Source: Dictyostelium discoideum
Taxonomy: Eukaryota
DNA length: 64,000 nt
Direction of reading: 5' to 3'
Assembly (NCBI GenBank): GCA_000004695.1
Contig: CM000155.2
Span: forward strand, 3,104,001-3,168,000
The notes under the pieces were generated by a model, which was not told where the DNA came from, searched no databases, and worked only from the letters and a program-made list of their open reading frames with translations. Of this stretch, positions 40,728-53,532 are shown piece by piece. The position numbers and the translations under genes were made by a program. Position 1 is the stretch's first letter. Each line of letters opens with the position of its first letter.

Positions 40728-43700
40728 TTATTTTTTTAATTTTTTATTTGATGTTGGTTTTGTTGAAGATTTTATATTTTCAGGTTGTTTTCTAACTTTT
40801 GAAGATTTATTTGAAGATGAGGTAGAGGAAGTTGATTTATTAATATTATTTTCTTGATTTAAAATATCATCTAAATTATTACTATCAATATCATCAGATG
40901 GTACGAATGAAATATTTGGATTTATACAATTAATTTTTAATTTTTGATCATGAGCTTTACTATCATCAACATAAATTTCAACAGTAACTTTATCAAATAC
41001 TCTAAAAGTATGAATACCATTACCAAGTGTTTGATCTTCATGATTATAATTATAAATATTAGATGTGCCACCACCACCATTGGTGGTAGCAGTTGAAGAA
41101 TTTGGATCAGAAACATAAACAGTACCTTCAAAACCATAACGTGGCACTAATACAACAAAAGCATTAGCTTTTACACGAATGATATAAGCATCTTCAACAG
41201 ATTTACGACCTTTGAAAAAGATTAAAGTATGAAGTTGAGTTGAACCTCTACTTGCGTATTGAGCCATTTTATGACGGAAATTATTATTCTCTGTTAATGC
41301 TGAAATGGTTTTATTCTCTAAATTTAATGAAACTGATTGAATACCAATTGCAGAAGCTAATAAACGATGAACTATAATATCTGGATAACGACGAATTGGT
41401 GATGTGAAATGAGTGTAAATATCAGTGGCCAAACCATAATGATTAAAATCTTCATATGGTAATGAACCTGATGAGAAATATTTAGCTGGTGACATGCAAC
41501 GGGTTGTCATAATACGACATAGGGTATTAAAGTATGAATCGTTCTTATCTACAGCGGAATCCAATGAATCTGCTAAATCTTTACTTGTGGTGGTTGAGAA
41601 TTTGTAACCTTTATTCTCGATTAACTTTGTCAATAAATCGAAAGCTGCTTTATTTGGAGTTGGATGACGACGTAACATAGCACAACCTGGGAAATGTTTA
41701 TAAATTTTCTTGGCAACCCAAATATTTGCTAACAACATAAACTCTTCAATCATTGAATTTGTTTCACGAAGTTGATAAATTTCAACATCGGATGGATCAC
41801 CACCCAATTCTTCAGTCTTGAATTTAACTTGTGGTGAAGCTAAATAGAGTGCACCCCTATCGAAACGTTGTTTTCTAAGAATTTTTGCTAAACTATTTAA
41901 ATTTCTAAGATTTACTGTGATTTGATCATTTTGAGATTTATCATCAATTCTAATTTGTGCTTGTTCATAGGTTAGAGATGCACATGAACGAATTATACTT
42001 TTAGTATATTCGACTGCAATGATTTCACCAGTGTGTTGATTAATTTTCCAAATACAAGAGAAAGCGAAACGATCTACATTTGACATTAATGAACAAAGAT
42101 TACCTGATAATTCACCTGGTAACATATCAATTCTTCTATCGACTAAATAAACAGAAGTACTACGATTTGCAGCTTCTTCATCGATTGCTGTACCTTCTTG
42201 AACAAAATGTGATACATCAGCAATATGAACACCAACCTCCATAATACCTTTACCAAGATCTTTAATATGTAATGCATCATCAATATCTGTACAACCTGGT
42301 GGATCAACACTGAAAATACACTCCTTTCTCAAATCTTTACGACCCACCATATCAGCACTCGTAACACGATCCATAATATCTGGTGATGGTAAACATTTCA
42401 TTACTGCTGCACCAAATGGATGATGTGGTATATCGAATTGTAACAATAATACTTGACTCTCTGTTTCCTTATCGCCCAATGGTCCTAAATCCTTTACAAA
42501 ATGACCACTTGGATATTTTGAATTCTTATCCCATTGATCGATTGCCACAACAATACGTTTACCAATTAAATTACTAACTTGACGACTTTTGATTCTAATT
42601 TTTGGTATACGTTTATCAATTGGCATAAAATAAAGAAAATGTAAACCTGTACTTGTTTTCGTAGTAGTATTATTATCATCTTGTTTGAATTCAACTGCAC
42701 CACAATATGGCTTCCAATTACGTTTAATTATACCAACGACTTTACCAGTTGGTTGCTTTTTTGAAATTAATGAATCCTTTGCAATTGAATCATCATCTTC
42801 TTCAACACCTTCATTCTCTAACATAATTAAAGTCGATGGTGTATTCCATTTAGATTGATCAAATAATTCAACGGCAACAATATCACCATCCACTGCTCTA
42901 TTTATATTCTCAATACCTTGAATCAATATCTCCTTTTCCATCTCCCTATTTGATACTGTTGCTTCTCTATAATTGGTTATACTTGTTCTAAATATACCTT
43001 GAATTAATTTACCACCTTTAATTCCCTCTGTTAACATTGACATTGGCTTATGTTCTTGATATTGGAATCTCTTTGATTCATCATTATCTTTTTCATTACT
43101 ATCATCATTTGGATCTGATAATTTATCAACCAATGATGGATTCTTATCTGATAATTCAAATACTAAATCTTGAACTAGTGTTTTTTAAAAAAAATAAAAA
43201 ATTAATATTTTATGTATATATATAAAATAATATAATATAATACTTACTAGTTTGACAATCTAAACCTAATGATTTTGCTTTTTTTAAATTATCTTTATCA
43301 TTTGTAATTAATAAAACTTTAATTGAATATTTATGAAGATGTGATTTATACCATTGAGTAGCTACACGAATTGCACGATCATTTCTATCATTTGGCGATT
43401 CACCATTTTCTCTAGTGATTGATGTGAATGTACTATATTCATTAGAGTAAACATAAAATTTTCTTGAGGATTCTTTAATTACATCACGTATACGATTAAA
43501 GATTGCACGATTTTGTGATTTAACTTCATCTAATACCGTTGATAATATTATACAATTCTTTATGGTTGGATCTTCTAATAAATCAATTTGGTGCAATATT
43601 ACATTTGTATCTAATATTAATATTTTATCAGAATCAATTGTATTGATTTCGTTTGATAATAATGCTCTATCTTCAACTGTTGTCCTTCTCTCTAATTTGA

Positions 43701-43821
43701 TTTTACATTCTTTACAACTATCATGTCCACATGGTATATCATCTCTTAAATAAATTTCATTTACAACTTTTATAATTGTTCCTTTCTTTGTTGCTTTATA
43801 AAAACATTTATTTGATTGCAT
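40728..43821 (-). CDS. dis3: Exosome exoribonuclease DIS3/RRP44 homolog (PIN domain, CR3 motif, RNB domain, S1). Two exons, intron 43175-43247.
   Basis: Exon 1 (43821-43248) carries the CR3 motif CGHDSCKEC and the PIN domain (LILDTNVILHQIDLLE), ending ACTA|GTAAGT. Exon 2 starts after cactAG at 43174 and encodes the RNB domain through the large ORF 40728-43133. The track splits the gene into two ORFs, both with non-ATG starts. Confidence 0.75.
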
Positions 43822-44082
43822 TATTTTAAAAAAAATTAAAAAAATAAAAATAAAAAAATAAAAAATAAAAAAATAAAAGAAAATGTGAAAAAAAAAAACG
43901 AAAAAAAAGTGATTTATCAACTCGTTTTTTTTATTTTTTTTTTATTTTTTTTTTTAATTTCTCATATTTTTGATATCATTAACAATTTAACATTTAAATT
44001 AAAAATTTTTTTTTTTTTTTTTTTTTGTTTAATTTTATTTACAATACAAATTTATTTACAGAAGTTTTTATTTATTTTATTT

Positions 44083-44123
<41 letters not shown>

Positions 44124-44469
44124 ACTAATTATGTATATTTTGAGCAATTGCACTTTCTAAATCTTCAATTGTATTATTTATTAAGAAACTATTATATTCT
44201 CCCAAAATTTGTGAAATATTTATTGATACGATTTCATTTACATTTATTTCTTTTTTAAATAGTTTACTTTTTTTTAAAAATGAAATTGTGGTTGTTAATT
44301 CAAATGAATTATTTTCATTTTCAATACTATTACAAATTGGAGGCATCTTTGAAATTATTTTGATTTTGATTTTATTTGTCTTTTTTTTTAGGTTTTATTA
44401 TTTTTAGTAATATGTTTTTTTTTAATTTGTTTTTTTTTTTTTTATACACTTTTTTAATTTTATATTTTT

Positions 44470-44640
44470 AATTTTTTTTATTTTTTATTTTATTTTAATT
44501 TATCTTTATTTTAATTTATTTTTATTTTAATTTATTTTTTTATTTTAATTTATTTTTTTATTTTAATTTATTTTTTTATTTTAATTTATTTTTTTATTTT
44601 TATTTTATTTTTTATTACAATTTATTTTTATTTTACTTTA
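44470..44640. repeat. Minisatellite: ~21-bp unit tttattttaatttatttttt repeated about 7 times
   Basis: Read directly from the sequence. Confidence 0.8.
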
Positions 44641-45355
44641 TTTATTTTTTTTTTTTTTTTTTTTTTTTTATTTTTGTTTAAATAACAAATAAATAAAAAA
44701 ATTAAATATTTGAAAATAATAATAATTTAATATAAAAAATAAAAATTTATTAATTATTGGTTATACTATGTATGGTGGTACACGCAATATTATTATAATG
44801 TATTGAACAACAATAACAATAACATTAAAAACTAAATCTCAGTTTTTTGCTTGGATAAAATTATTTTTTTATATTTTTTTTTTTTTTAGCTTTTAAATTA
44901 TTATTTTTTTTTTTTTATTTCTTTATTTATTTATTAAATACATTTTTTTTTTTTTTATTTTTTTTTTTTAATAAATTCTGAATTTATGAACCACTACAAT
45001 AATAATTAACTAATAGGTCAAGGTGTGTTTTTGAATGGTGGGGGTGTTGTGTGTTTGTTAGGTGATTTGAAGGGTGGGTTATTAGAATTTAGATTTAATA
45101 AGGGTGTGAGTTTGTCGATTTTGACCACATTGTTTTTTTTTTTATTATTATTTTTATTTTTTTTGTTTTTTTTTTTTTTTTTTTTTTTTTCTTAATTTTT
45201 GTATTTATCCATTAATTTTTTAAATTTTTTTTTTTTTTTTTTCTACTTTCAAAAATTTGAGATTTAAATCATATAGCTGTTGATGTGGATAAAGTGTTTA
45301 AAATTTTGATAATTTTAACAATATTGTTTACTACCTATATATATAGTGTTTAAAT

Positions 45356-45389
<34 letters not shown>

Positions 45390-45599
45390 CTTTCATTTTT
45401 TATCATATTCAATGGGTAAATTTTAGTCCCACAATGTTATTACCTTTTAAGGTTATACCAAAAAAAAACCCCACCACCCTAAACTATCAAGTAAAAAAAA
45501 TATAATAAATAATAAAAAAAATAAAAATATATTTAATATATTGTTGGAGTTTTTTTTTTTTTCTAATGTGGGGTGTATGAAATAAATAATGAAAATAAA

Positions 45600-45614
45600 T
45601 AATGAAAATAAATA

Positions 45615-45685
<71 letters not shown>

Positions 45686-45695
45686 TAAAAATAAA

Positions 45696-45743
<48 letters not shown>

Positions 45744-45980
45744 TTCAAATAAATAATAAAAAATAAAATAAAAAATCATTCCTAATTTATCTTTTTCTTT
45801 TTTAGATTTAATCAACATGATAAAAAAAAAAAAAGATTTTTATTATTAGTGTGGTGTGGTGTGGTGTGTGGGTATATGTTAAATTTAAGTTAGTTTCACA
45901 TTTATCTATTTATATTTATTTACATTGTTAAAATCAATTTAACATATTAAGCTTCTGGAATATATTTGCAATTATTATTA

Positions 45981-46030
<50 letters not shown>
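45600..46030. repeat. Long (AAT)n / (ATT)n trinucleotide microsatellites (45617-45750 AAT-type, 45961-46030 TTA-type)
   Basis: Read directly from the sequence. Confidence 0.9.
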
Positions 46031-46070
46031 TTTTTTTTGTTTTTTTTGTTTTTTTTTTTTTTTTTTTTTT

Positions 46071-46804
46071 CTAATTATTTTTATTTTGAATTAAATCTAA
46101 AGAATTTATAAAGATGATACCATTATCTTTCATTTTCTGTAATGATTGATCGGTACCATTCTTTGAAACACCTTTTGAGCAATCTTCTATGAAATAAGTT
46201 TTAAAACCACAACTAACTGAATCCAAGCAACTAGCCAACACGCAGAAATCAGTTGCCAAACCACAAATGTAAACATTAACAATTGAATGTTTTTTTAATA
46301 TATCATGTAATTCAGTTTTTGATTTTTTATCATTATCATAAAATGATGAAAAACTATCAACTTCTTTATCCAATCCTTTATTTATTATTATATCTTTATC
46401 TTTTACAATTAAATCTTTATTAATTTCACTACCTTTTGTATTTTGAATACAATGATCCTATTTTTTTTTTTTTTTTTTTTTTTATCCCAAACAGTTTTAG
46501 AATTTATTTTTTTATTTTATTTTTTTTTTTTTATTTTTTCAAAAATTTGAATTTTACATACAGGAAATAAAAGTTGTGTATTATTTGATTTTGTTATAAT
46601 GGAGTCATATGGTTTTTTGTTATGAGTTGATGCAAATGAAATATGGTTTTCTGGGTGCCAATCTTTTGATAAAGCAACTAAATCGAATGAACAATTATTA
46701 CGGATATCGTTTATTGGTTTTATTATATCATTTGCATTCTCTACTTCTAAACTGCCATCTTTCATAAAATCATTTTGGACATCAATAATTAATAAGCAAG
46801 ACAT
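46071..46804 (-). CDS. Nicotinamidase/pyrazinamidase (isochorismatase family). Two exons, intron 46458-46561.
   Basis: Exon 1 (46804-46562) LLIIDVQNDF...ALSKDWHPENHISF, donor GTATGT. Exon 2 (46457-46071) starts DHCIQNTKGSE and carries ICGLATDFCV (catalytic Cys). Acceptor ataG. Confidence 0.75.
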
Positions 46805-47520
46805 ATTACTACTTCTACCACTACTATTTTTGAAGAATTATTATATAATAAAAAAATAAAAAATAAAAAATAAAAAATTTAATCTTAAAAAAAGAATTTT
46901 GAAAATATATATTAAAAAATCTTTTTGTTTTGTTTTGAAACACTATAAAAAAAAATAAAAAAAAAAAATAATAAAAAAATAAAATTTTAAAAAAAAAAAA
47001 AATGAAATTTTATTCTAGAACGACCCATATAAACGAGAAAAAAAAAAAAAGAAAAGGGACAAAAATGTTTTTTGGTTGAGCTTAAAATCTTAATAGCATA
47101 TTAAATTAAATTACTAAATTTTGATATTTTTATAAAAAAAAAAAATCGGATTGGTCAATTCAATGAAACTTTTATATTAATATTTATTTATTTAAAAAAA
47201 TAATCCAATAACACATTGATATCAAAATCCAAATTGTAATTAATAATTACTATTACCCCGAGTGGTAATTAATATTTATGGTGTTGATCAAAACTAAACA
47301 AATTTTATTTTATTTTTTTTTTTTTTTTTTTATTTATTTTCCGCACACCGATTTTGGTGAAACCTAAAAAAATTAATTCCAATGAAAATATTTATAAAAC
47401 GGGTAGATTTTTAAATTTATCCAACCAGAATTTTATTTTAAAATTAAAAAAAAAAAAATTATATTTTATTTTTTTTCTTTTTCTTTTTATTTTTTTTTTA
47501 TATATTTGGGAAAAAATAAA

Positions 47521-47600
47521 AAAATAAAATAAAATATAATAATATAAAATAAAATAAAATAAAATAAAATAAAATAAAATAAAATAAAATAAAATAAATA
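47521..47600. repeat. (AAAAT)n pentanucleotide microsatellite, ~13 units. Similar (TTTTA)n at 55925-55990 and (ATTT)n at 14771-14847.
   Basis: Read directly from the sequence. Confidence 0.85.
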
Positions 47601-47624
47601 AAATAAAAAAAAAAAAAAAGGAAA

Positions 47625-47665
<41 letters not shown>

Positions 47666-48425
47666 AATAAAAAGATGTGGGACTAATGAAAAAAGAAAAT
47701 GTTTCTTTTTCGTTCGAAAAAGAAAAGGGGTTAAAAAAAAGTTTAGTGTTTAGCCCGCAAAAAAAAAAAAAATTTAAAAAAAAAAAAAAAAAATTTTGAA
47801 AAATTAAAAAAAATGATTAATAAGATTTTATCCAATGAAAAAGCGTAAAGATATTATTTTGATTGGAAAAAAAAAGATTTGAAAAAATAAAAAAAAAAAA
47901 ATAAAAAAAAAATAAAATAAAAAAATAAAATAAATTGAAAAAAAAAAAAAAAAAAAAAAAAGAAAAAAAATTGAAAAAAAAAAAAATCATTATATCTGCA
48001 ATCACAAAGGTTTACAGTCGAACGAATTCAATTAATTATAAAATATTTTTTTTTTTTTTTTTTTTTTCAAATTTTTAATTTTTTTTTCTCAATTTTGAAA
48101 TAATTTGTCAAATTTAAAAATCTTGTATATCAATTACCAATAAAAATAATTTCACTAAATAAATAAATATATATAAAAAATACACAATGGGAAAAGATGA
48201 TAAAAAAGGTATGTAATAATTTTTTTATTATTTTCATTTTTTTTTTTTTTTCATTTTTTTCATTTTTTATTTTTTTTTTTCCTTTATTCCCCTAATATGT
48301 AGATATATATATTTTGTATATCACATAACTTTTTATTTTTTTTAAAAAATATTTTATTTTTAACCCCTTTCAACCCCACACGAAAATACATCACCCCACA
48401 AATCATATTATTATTTTTTTATACA

Positions 48426-48473
<48 letters not shown>

Positions 48474-49007
48474 CAAATGTTGTTAATTCAACCAATAATA
48501 AAATCTATTCTACCTAATTAAATATGTAGTTATTTGAAGGAATAACTTTTTTTATTTTTTTTTTATTTTTGCACCTTTACATTAATTTACAACTTATTGT
48601 TTTTTTCTTCTTGCTCAGATTTTTTTTTTTTTTTTCATAAAATTTGAATCTGTAATTATTTTTTTATTTTTATTTTTATTTAAATTTAAGTGATATTATT
48701 ATACTACTTTTATATTTTTTTTTATTATTTATTTCTTTTTTTATAAAATCAAACCAATTAAACATATAATTTTTTTAAATTTTTTTTTTTCCTATTTTAT
48801 TTTTATTTTTTTTATTTTTTAAAATATTTTATCATTAAATTTTATTTATTTTATTTTATTTTATTTTTTTTAAAATATTATATCATTAAATTAAAATTTT
48901 TTTATCTCCATCATTTACTTAATTTCAAAATTTAAGAGACGACTAATTTAAAATTTTATATTATTAATAAAAAAAAAAAAAAAAAAAAAAAAAAATTAAA
49001 AAATAAA

Positions 49008-49382
49008 ATGCCAATTTTTAAAGTTAAACAACCAGTTCTTAGTGAAATTATGAAGAAACTATTAGAACCACAAGAAGTTGTTATATCAAGATATAGAGAT
49101 GCTGATGGTAAACCCAAGATAGATGAATTTAAAGAGGCTTTGGTTAAAGGTTTCTTTTTAATTAAATTCCCAAAATCATTTGGTGGTGCAGAGATTGGCG
49201 TAAATATTAAAGGTTTACCAAAAGAATATACATTACATAATACGACAAGCGAATGGTCAGTTGATGGAAATAGTGTGAAAATTATTGGTAAAGTCGAATT
49301 TCAATCAATACCCACTAGATTCCAAGCTTCTTTTCAATTAAATACTTTCCAAGGTGTTGGAAATTTAGAATTAATTAATTAA
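49008..49382 (+). CDS. Small hypothetical protein (124 aa)
   Basis: ATG-initiated ORF with balanced, non-low-complexity composition (MPIFKVKQPVLSEIMKKLLEPQEVV...). No recognisable family. Confidence 0.45.
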   Translation: MPIFKVKQPVLSEIMKKLLEPQEVVISRYRDADGKPKIDEFKEALVKGFFLIKFPKSFGGAEIGVNIKGLPKEYTLHNTTSEWSVDGNSVKIIGKVEFQSIPTRFQASFQLNTFQGVGNLELIN

Positions 49383-49589
49383 TTTTTTTTTTTTTTAAAA
49401 AAAAAAAAAAATATATTTAAAAAAAAAGTATAAAAAAAACATAATTCACGCACAAACCTTCATATATACATGCATCAAATATAAAATTCATAAATCATAT
49501 TTATTCATAATTCAACCACTCAACTTCATTACAACATCATTGGTTTTTTTTTAGTATTTTTTTTTATTTTTCTATTTTTTAGTTTGTAC

Positions 49590-49631
<42 letters not shown>

Positions 49632-49909
49632 AAAAAAAACCAATCACGTTCAACCCAACTTAGCAATCAATTAATAGTATTACTACTATTATTATTTTTA
49701 ACCCATAAAACCATATCACACCAATAAAAATACCTCCCCTCCCCCCTATATAGAATTGTATTTTAATATAAAAAAAAAAACAAATCCTCAAACCCTTTTA
49801 TCGAGCTTGTGAGGTTGCTTTTCTCGTATAAGAAATAAATAAAAAGTAAAAAAAAAATTAAAAAATTAAAAAAAATACCTATTAGTTATTTTTATTTATT
49901 TTTATTCAT

Positions 49910-49941
<32 letters not shown>

Positions 49942-50704
49942 TAATTAAAAAAACACACAAATAAATAATTTTTTTTATAAAGATTTAATTTTTTGTTGAT
50001 TAAATTATCATAGTTTATATTTTCTTCTTTTTTTTTATTTTTTTTAATTACCCAAATATTACCTCCTATCAGTAATTCATATTTATAAATATCTTGTTTG
50101 TGTGATAAAAAAAAACCAATTTTTAAAGTCAATATTTTAAGTCCCCATTTTCCCAACCGTTTGCAAATAAAATCATTTTTGTATAATTAATTTTTTTTTT
50201 TATAAATTATAACGGTTTTTTTTATGGACGAAATTAATATTGACGACACAAAAATTTGGAATGATAAAATTAAAAAACGAACTAGTCCAATCACAAAAAA
50301 AAAAAAAATTAATATAATTTTAAAAAAAGTTGTTTTTAACATCTTTGATAACACCAAAAGATTTGTGATATTCCAATTTTTTTTTTTTTTTTATTAACAT
50401 TTTGATTTTTTTGAAGGTTTTTTTAAAAAAAAACAAAAAAAAAAAATTTAAATGCAAAGAGTGAAGTGGCGAAGTATGATGTTATATTTTTCACTATAAA
50501 TTAATGGATATTATTACACATCTTCGTACAATCCAACTTATTGTGCTTTAAAGTTCTTTGAACTATTTTTAATGGGTTTAATATTTTTTTTTTTATTATC
50601 TTTAATTCCAAAGATCATTTTTTTTTTTTTGAAAAAAAAAAACTATAAATAAAAAAAAAAAAAAAAAACAACAGACAAAATTAAATAATTTTTTTTTATA
50701 TATA

Positions 50705-53001
50705 ATGGAACAAAAAGAATTTGTAATTATATTTTTTAAAAAACAAATAAAAAAAAAAAAAAATGTTAATTATATTATTTTTTTTTTTTTTTTTAATGTA
50801 AAAAACAATTTTAGGATATTAAAAATATTTTATTGAAGATTGAAAAAGATAAAAATGAAACTTCAAAAAAAATACAAGAAAAATATAAAGATTGTACAAT
50901 TGAAGATTTGGAAAAATCTTTAAGAATCCAAAATAAAAAATCAGAAGAAATTACTTTTATCTCAAAAAAGATTGAAGAATTAAATGAAAAATTAATAGTT
51001 GAAAAATATAAACCATTATTGTCATCGTCCAATAATTCAAATGAAATTGAAAATGAGATATCACCAAAAATTAAAGAAATTTTAATTAAAAACTCTATAT
51101 TAAAAAATGAAAATTCAGCAGTATCACCATCGATAACAACAACAGATGCATCAGCATCATTAAGTTTTGGGGGTAAAACAATTGTTTTACCATCAAATCA
51201 ACCAACAACATTAAGAAAGAGTGATGCACCAGCTGATACAAAACATATTAAATTGGAAATTACCAATGATAATAAAATTAATATTATTTGGCAGGATGCA
51301 AAAAATTATCAATCAAAAGATTGGGTTGCACTTTATAACTATAAATATGCACCACCAGATGGTTATGTAAATAATACATGGTATTGGGCTGGTAATAAAA
51401 CAAGTGGTAAAGTTGAAACAGGTGTTACTTATGATGCTAATAGAACTCAACAAGTTAGATATTATAATTATCAAAATGAACTTATTAGTCAATATACAGT
51501 TGAAAGTCAATGTTGGATAGATATTCACGGTGATCTTGGAAGTGGTCTACAAGTAAATTGGCCAAATTATTCGACATCTGGTAGTAATGATATAATTGCA
51601 ATTCATAATAGTAATTTTGGTGAACCAAAAGATCTTGCCAATTCAATTGAACAATGCTATGCTAATAAAAATGATGGTGATTGGGTTTCTGAAATTATTA
51701 ATTGTGGTTTACCATATTATGCAGTTTATTGGTCTAACATTGGTGGTGGCAATTATATAAAACAAGCATGTTCAAAACCTATGACACCAGTTGATAGAAA
51801 ACTTGCAATTGGTGAATATTATAATGGAGAAGATTCTTATAACACATCAGTTGCTGCATTTTATGATTCAAGAGCAAACGATGACAAAGATTATATTATG
51901 GTTACCCTCAAAGAAGTCGATCAACCAGGAACTCCCGGATATAATGCAAAAGCAGCCAACGGTATAGTTTTATCATCTAATCATTCGTCATACAATGATA
52001 CACTTTATTTTTGGGGAACCTATTGTAGCTTTGATAATGAAACTGGTAAATTTTATATTCGTCAAAAAAGCTGTGCACTTGAATATAGAAAATGGATCAC
52101 TGATAATTACTCAAAGTTAAAGGATAGAAAAGTAAGAAATTTAGTTTTACCAGGTTCACACGATTCAGCAACTTACTTTATCAATTCACTCTCACCAAAA
52201 TCACCAGATGCTGACCATTATAAATATCCAGATTATCTTTTAACTCCATGGTCAAAAACTCAAACTTGCTCAGTTTATAAACAATTATGTTTTGGTGTAA
52301 GATATTTTGATTTAAGAGTTGCAAGATTAAAAGATAAACTTTATATTATTCATAATTTTTACTCTGATTCAGTTAAACAAGTTTTAAAAGATATTCTTCA
52401 ATACGTTTCAGAAAATGTAAATGAAGTTATCATTCTTCATTGGAGTCATCTTTATCTTGTCGATGAAGATAATAAATTATTAATGAAGATGATAATTGAA
52501 ATATTAGGAAAATTCATGTCAAATAGTAATAAAGGACCAGATGTTAAAGTTGGAGATTTAGCTGGTACACCAATTATTTGTATATATGATGATTTAGTAA
52601 ATCCATTAAGTAATGGTGGTGCTGGTGGTAATGGAAAAAGACCAGATATTCGTGATCCAAGACTTTGGGATCCTTCATGTATATCCTCACCTTATGAAAC
52701 TTCAAGATATCATAGTTTCGAATCAATTTTAAAATTTTTAAAATCTAGAATTAATGTACCAAAAAGAAAAGTTCTCCATGTTTGTCAAGCAATTCTTACA
52801 ATTGAATTTTCTTATGAATTCTTTGGACATGACTTAATAACTTGGACTGTAGAACATCGTAATAAATTCAATGAATTCTTTAATGATCTTGAAACCTTTG
52901 CTTCACCAACAAATATTATAATGACTGATTTCGTTACATTTTATCCATTATCTTCATATTGTATTCGTAGAAATACTTTAGAATTTAATAATAGTAATTA
53001 A
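50705..53001 (+). CDS. PI-PLC X-domain (PLC-like phosphodiesterase) containing protein, with a 6-codon first exon (MEQKEF). Intron 50723-50814.
   Basis: Track ORF 50833-53001 begins at TTG with no in-frame ATG, and the frame stays open back to an AG acceptor at 50813-50814. An upstream ATG at 50705 is followed by a GTAATT donor at 50723 in phase. The PLC-X-like core is LVLPGSHDSATYF...QLCFGVRYFDLRVARLKDKLYIIHNFY...EVIILHWSHL. Confidence 0.55.
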
Positions 53002-53148
53002 TTAGAATAAATAAATAAAAAAAAAAAAATGAAATAATAATAATTGGTTATATTTTTTTTTTATTTATATTTTTTTTTATTTTTTTTTTATTTTATAATT
53101 TTGAAGGGATGATTATACACAAATAATAATAATAATTAATAATTTATT

Positions 53149-53439
53149 TTATCTAAAAACAGCTTCAATTAATTTGACAATAAAGGCCATTCCTTCATCT
53201 TTTGGAAATTCTAATCTAGTACCAAGAAATTCATTTTCATTTCTACAATTATCAATTGATATTGGATCATAATATATATCATCTTCATTAATTGTAATAT
53301 AACCATGTACTTTTGCATCATATTTTGGATTTTGACAAATAACTTCAAATTTATTTTCAGAAATAATTGAAATATTTGTACCAGTTAAAAGTTTATAAAT
53401 TTCTAAATGATTTTCATTAGTTTTATCTAAAATTAATAG

Positions 53440-53479
<40 letters not shown>

Positions 53480-53487
53480 TTAATTTA

Positions 53488-53532
<45 letters not shown>

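Noticed and set aside
45453-45818. Poly-Ile/poly-Leu ORFs over the (AAT)n tract
   Set aside because: Pure trinucleotide microsatellite translation.
50459-50580. Non-AT island gagtgaagtggcgaagtatgatgtt… considered as a box C/D snoRNA (C-box-like UGAUGU)
   Set aside because: No D box (CUGA) near a complementary 3' terminal stem. It is probably the 5' UTR or promoter of the PLC-X gene.
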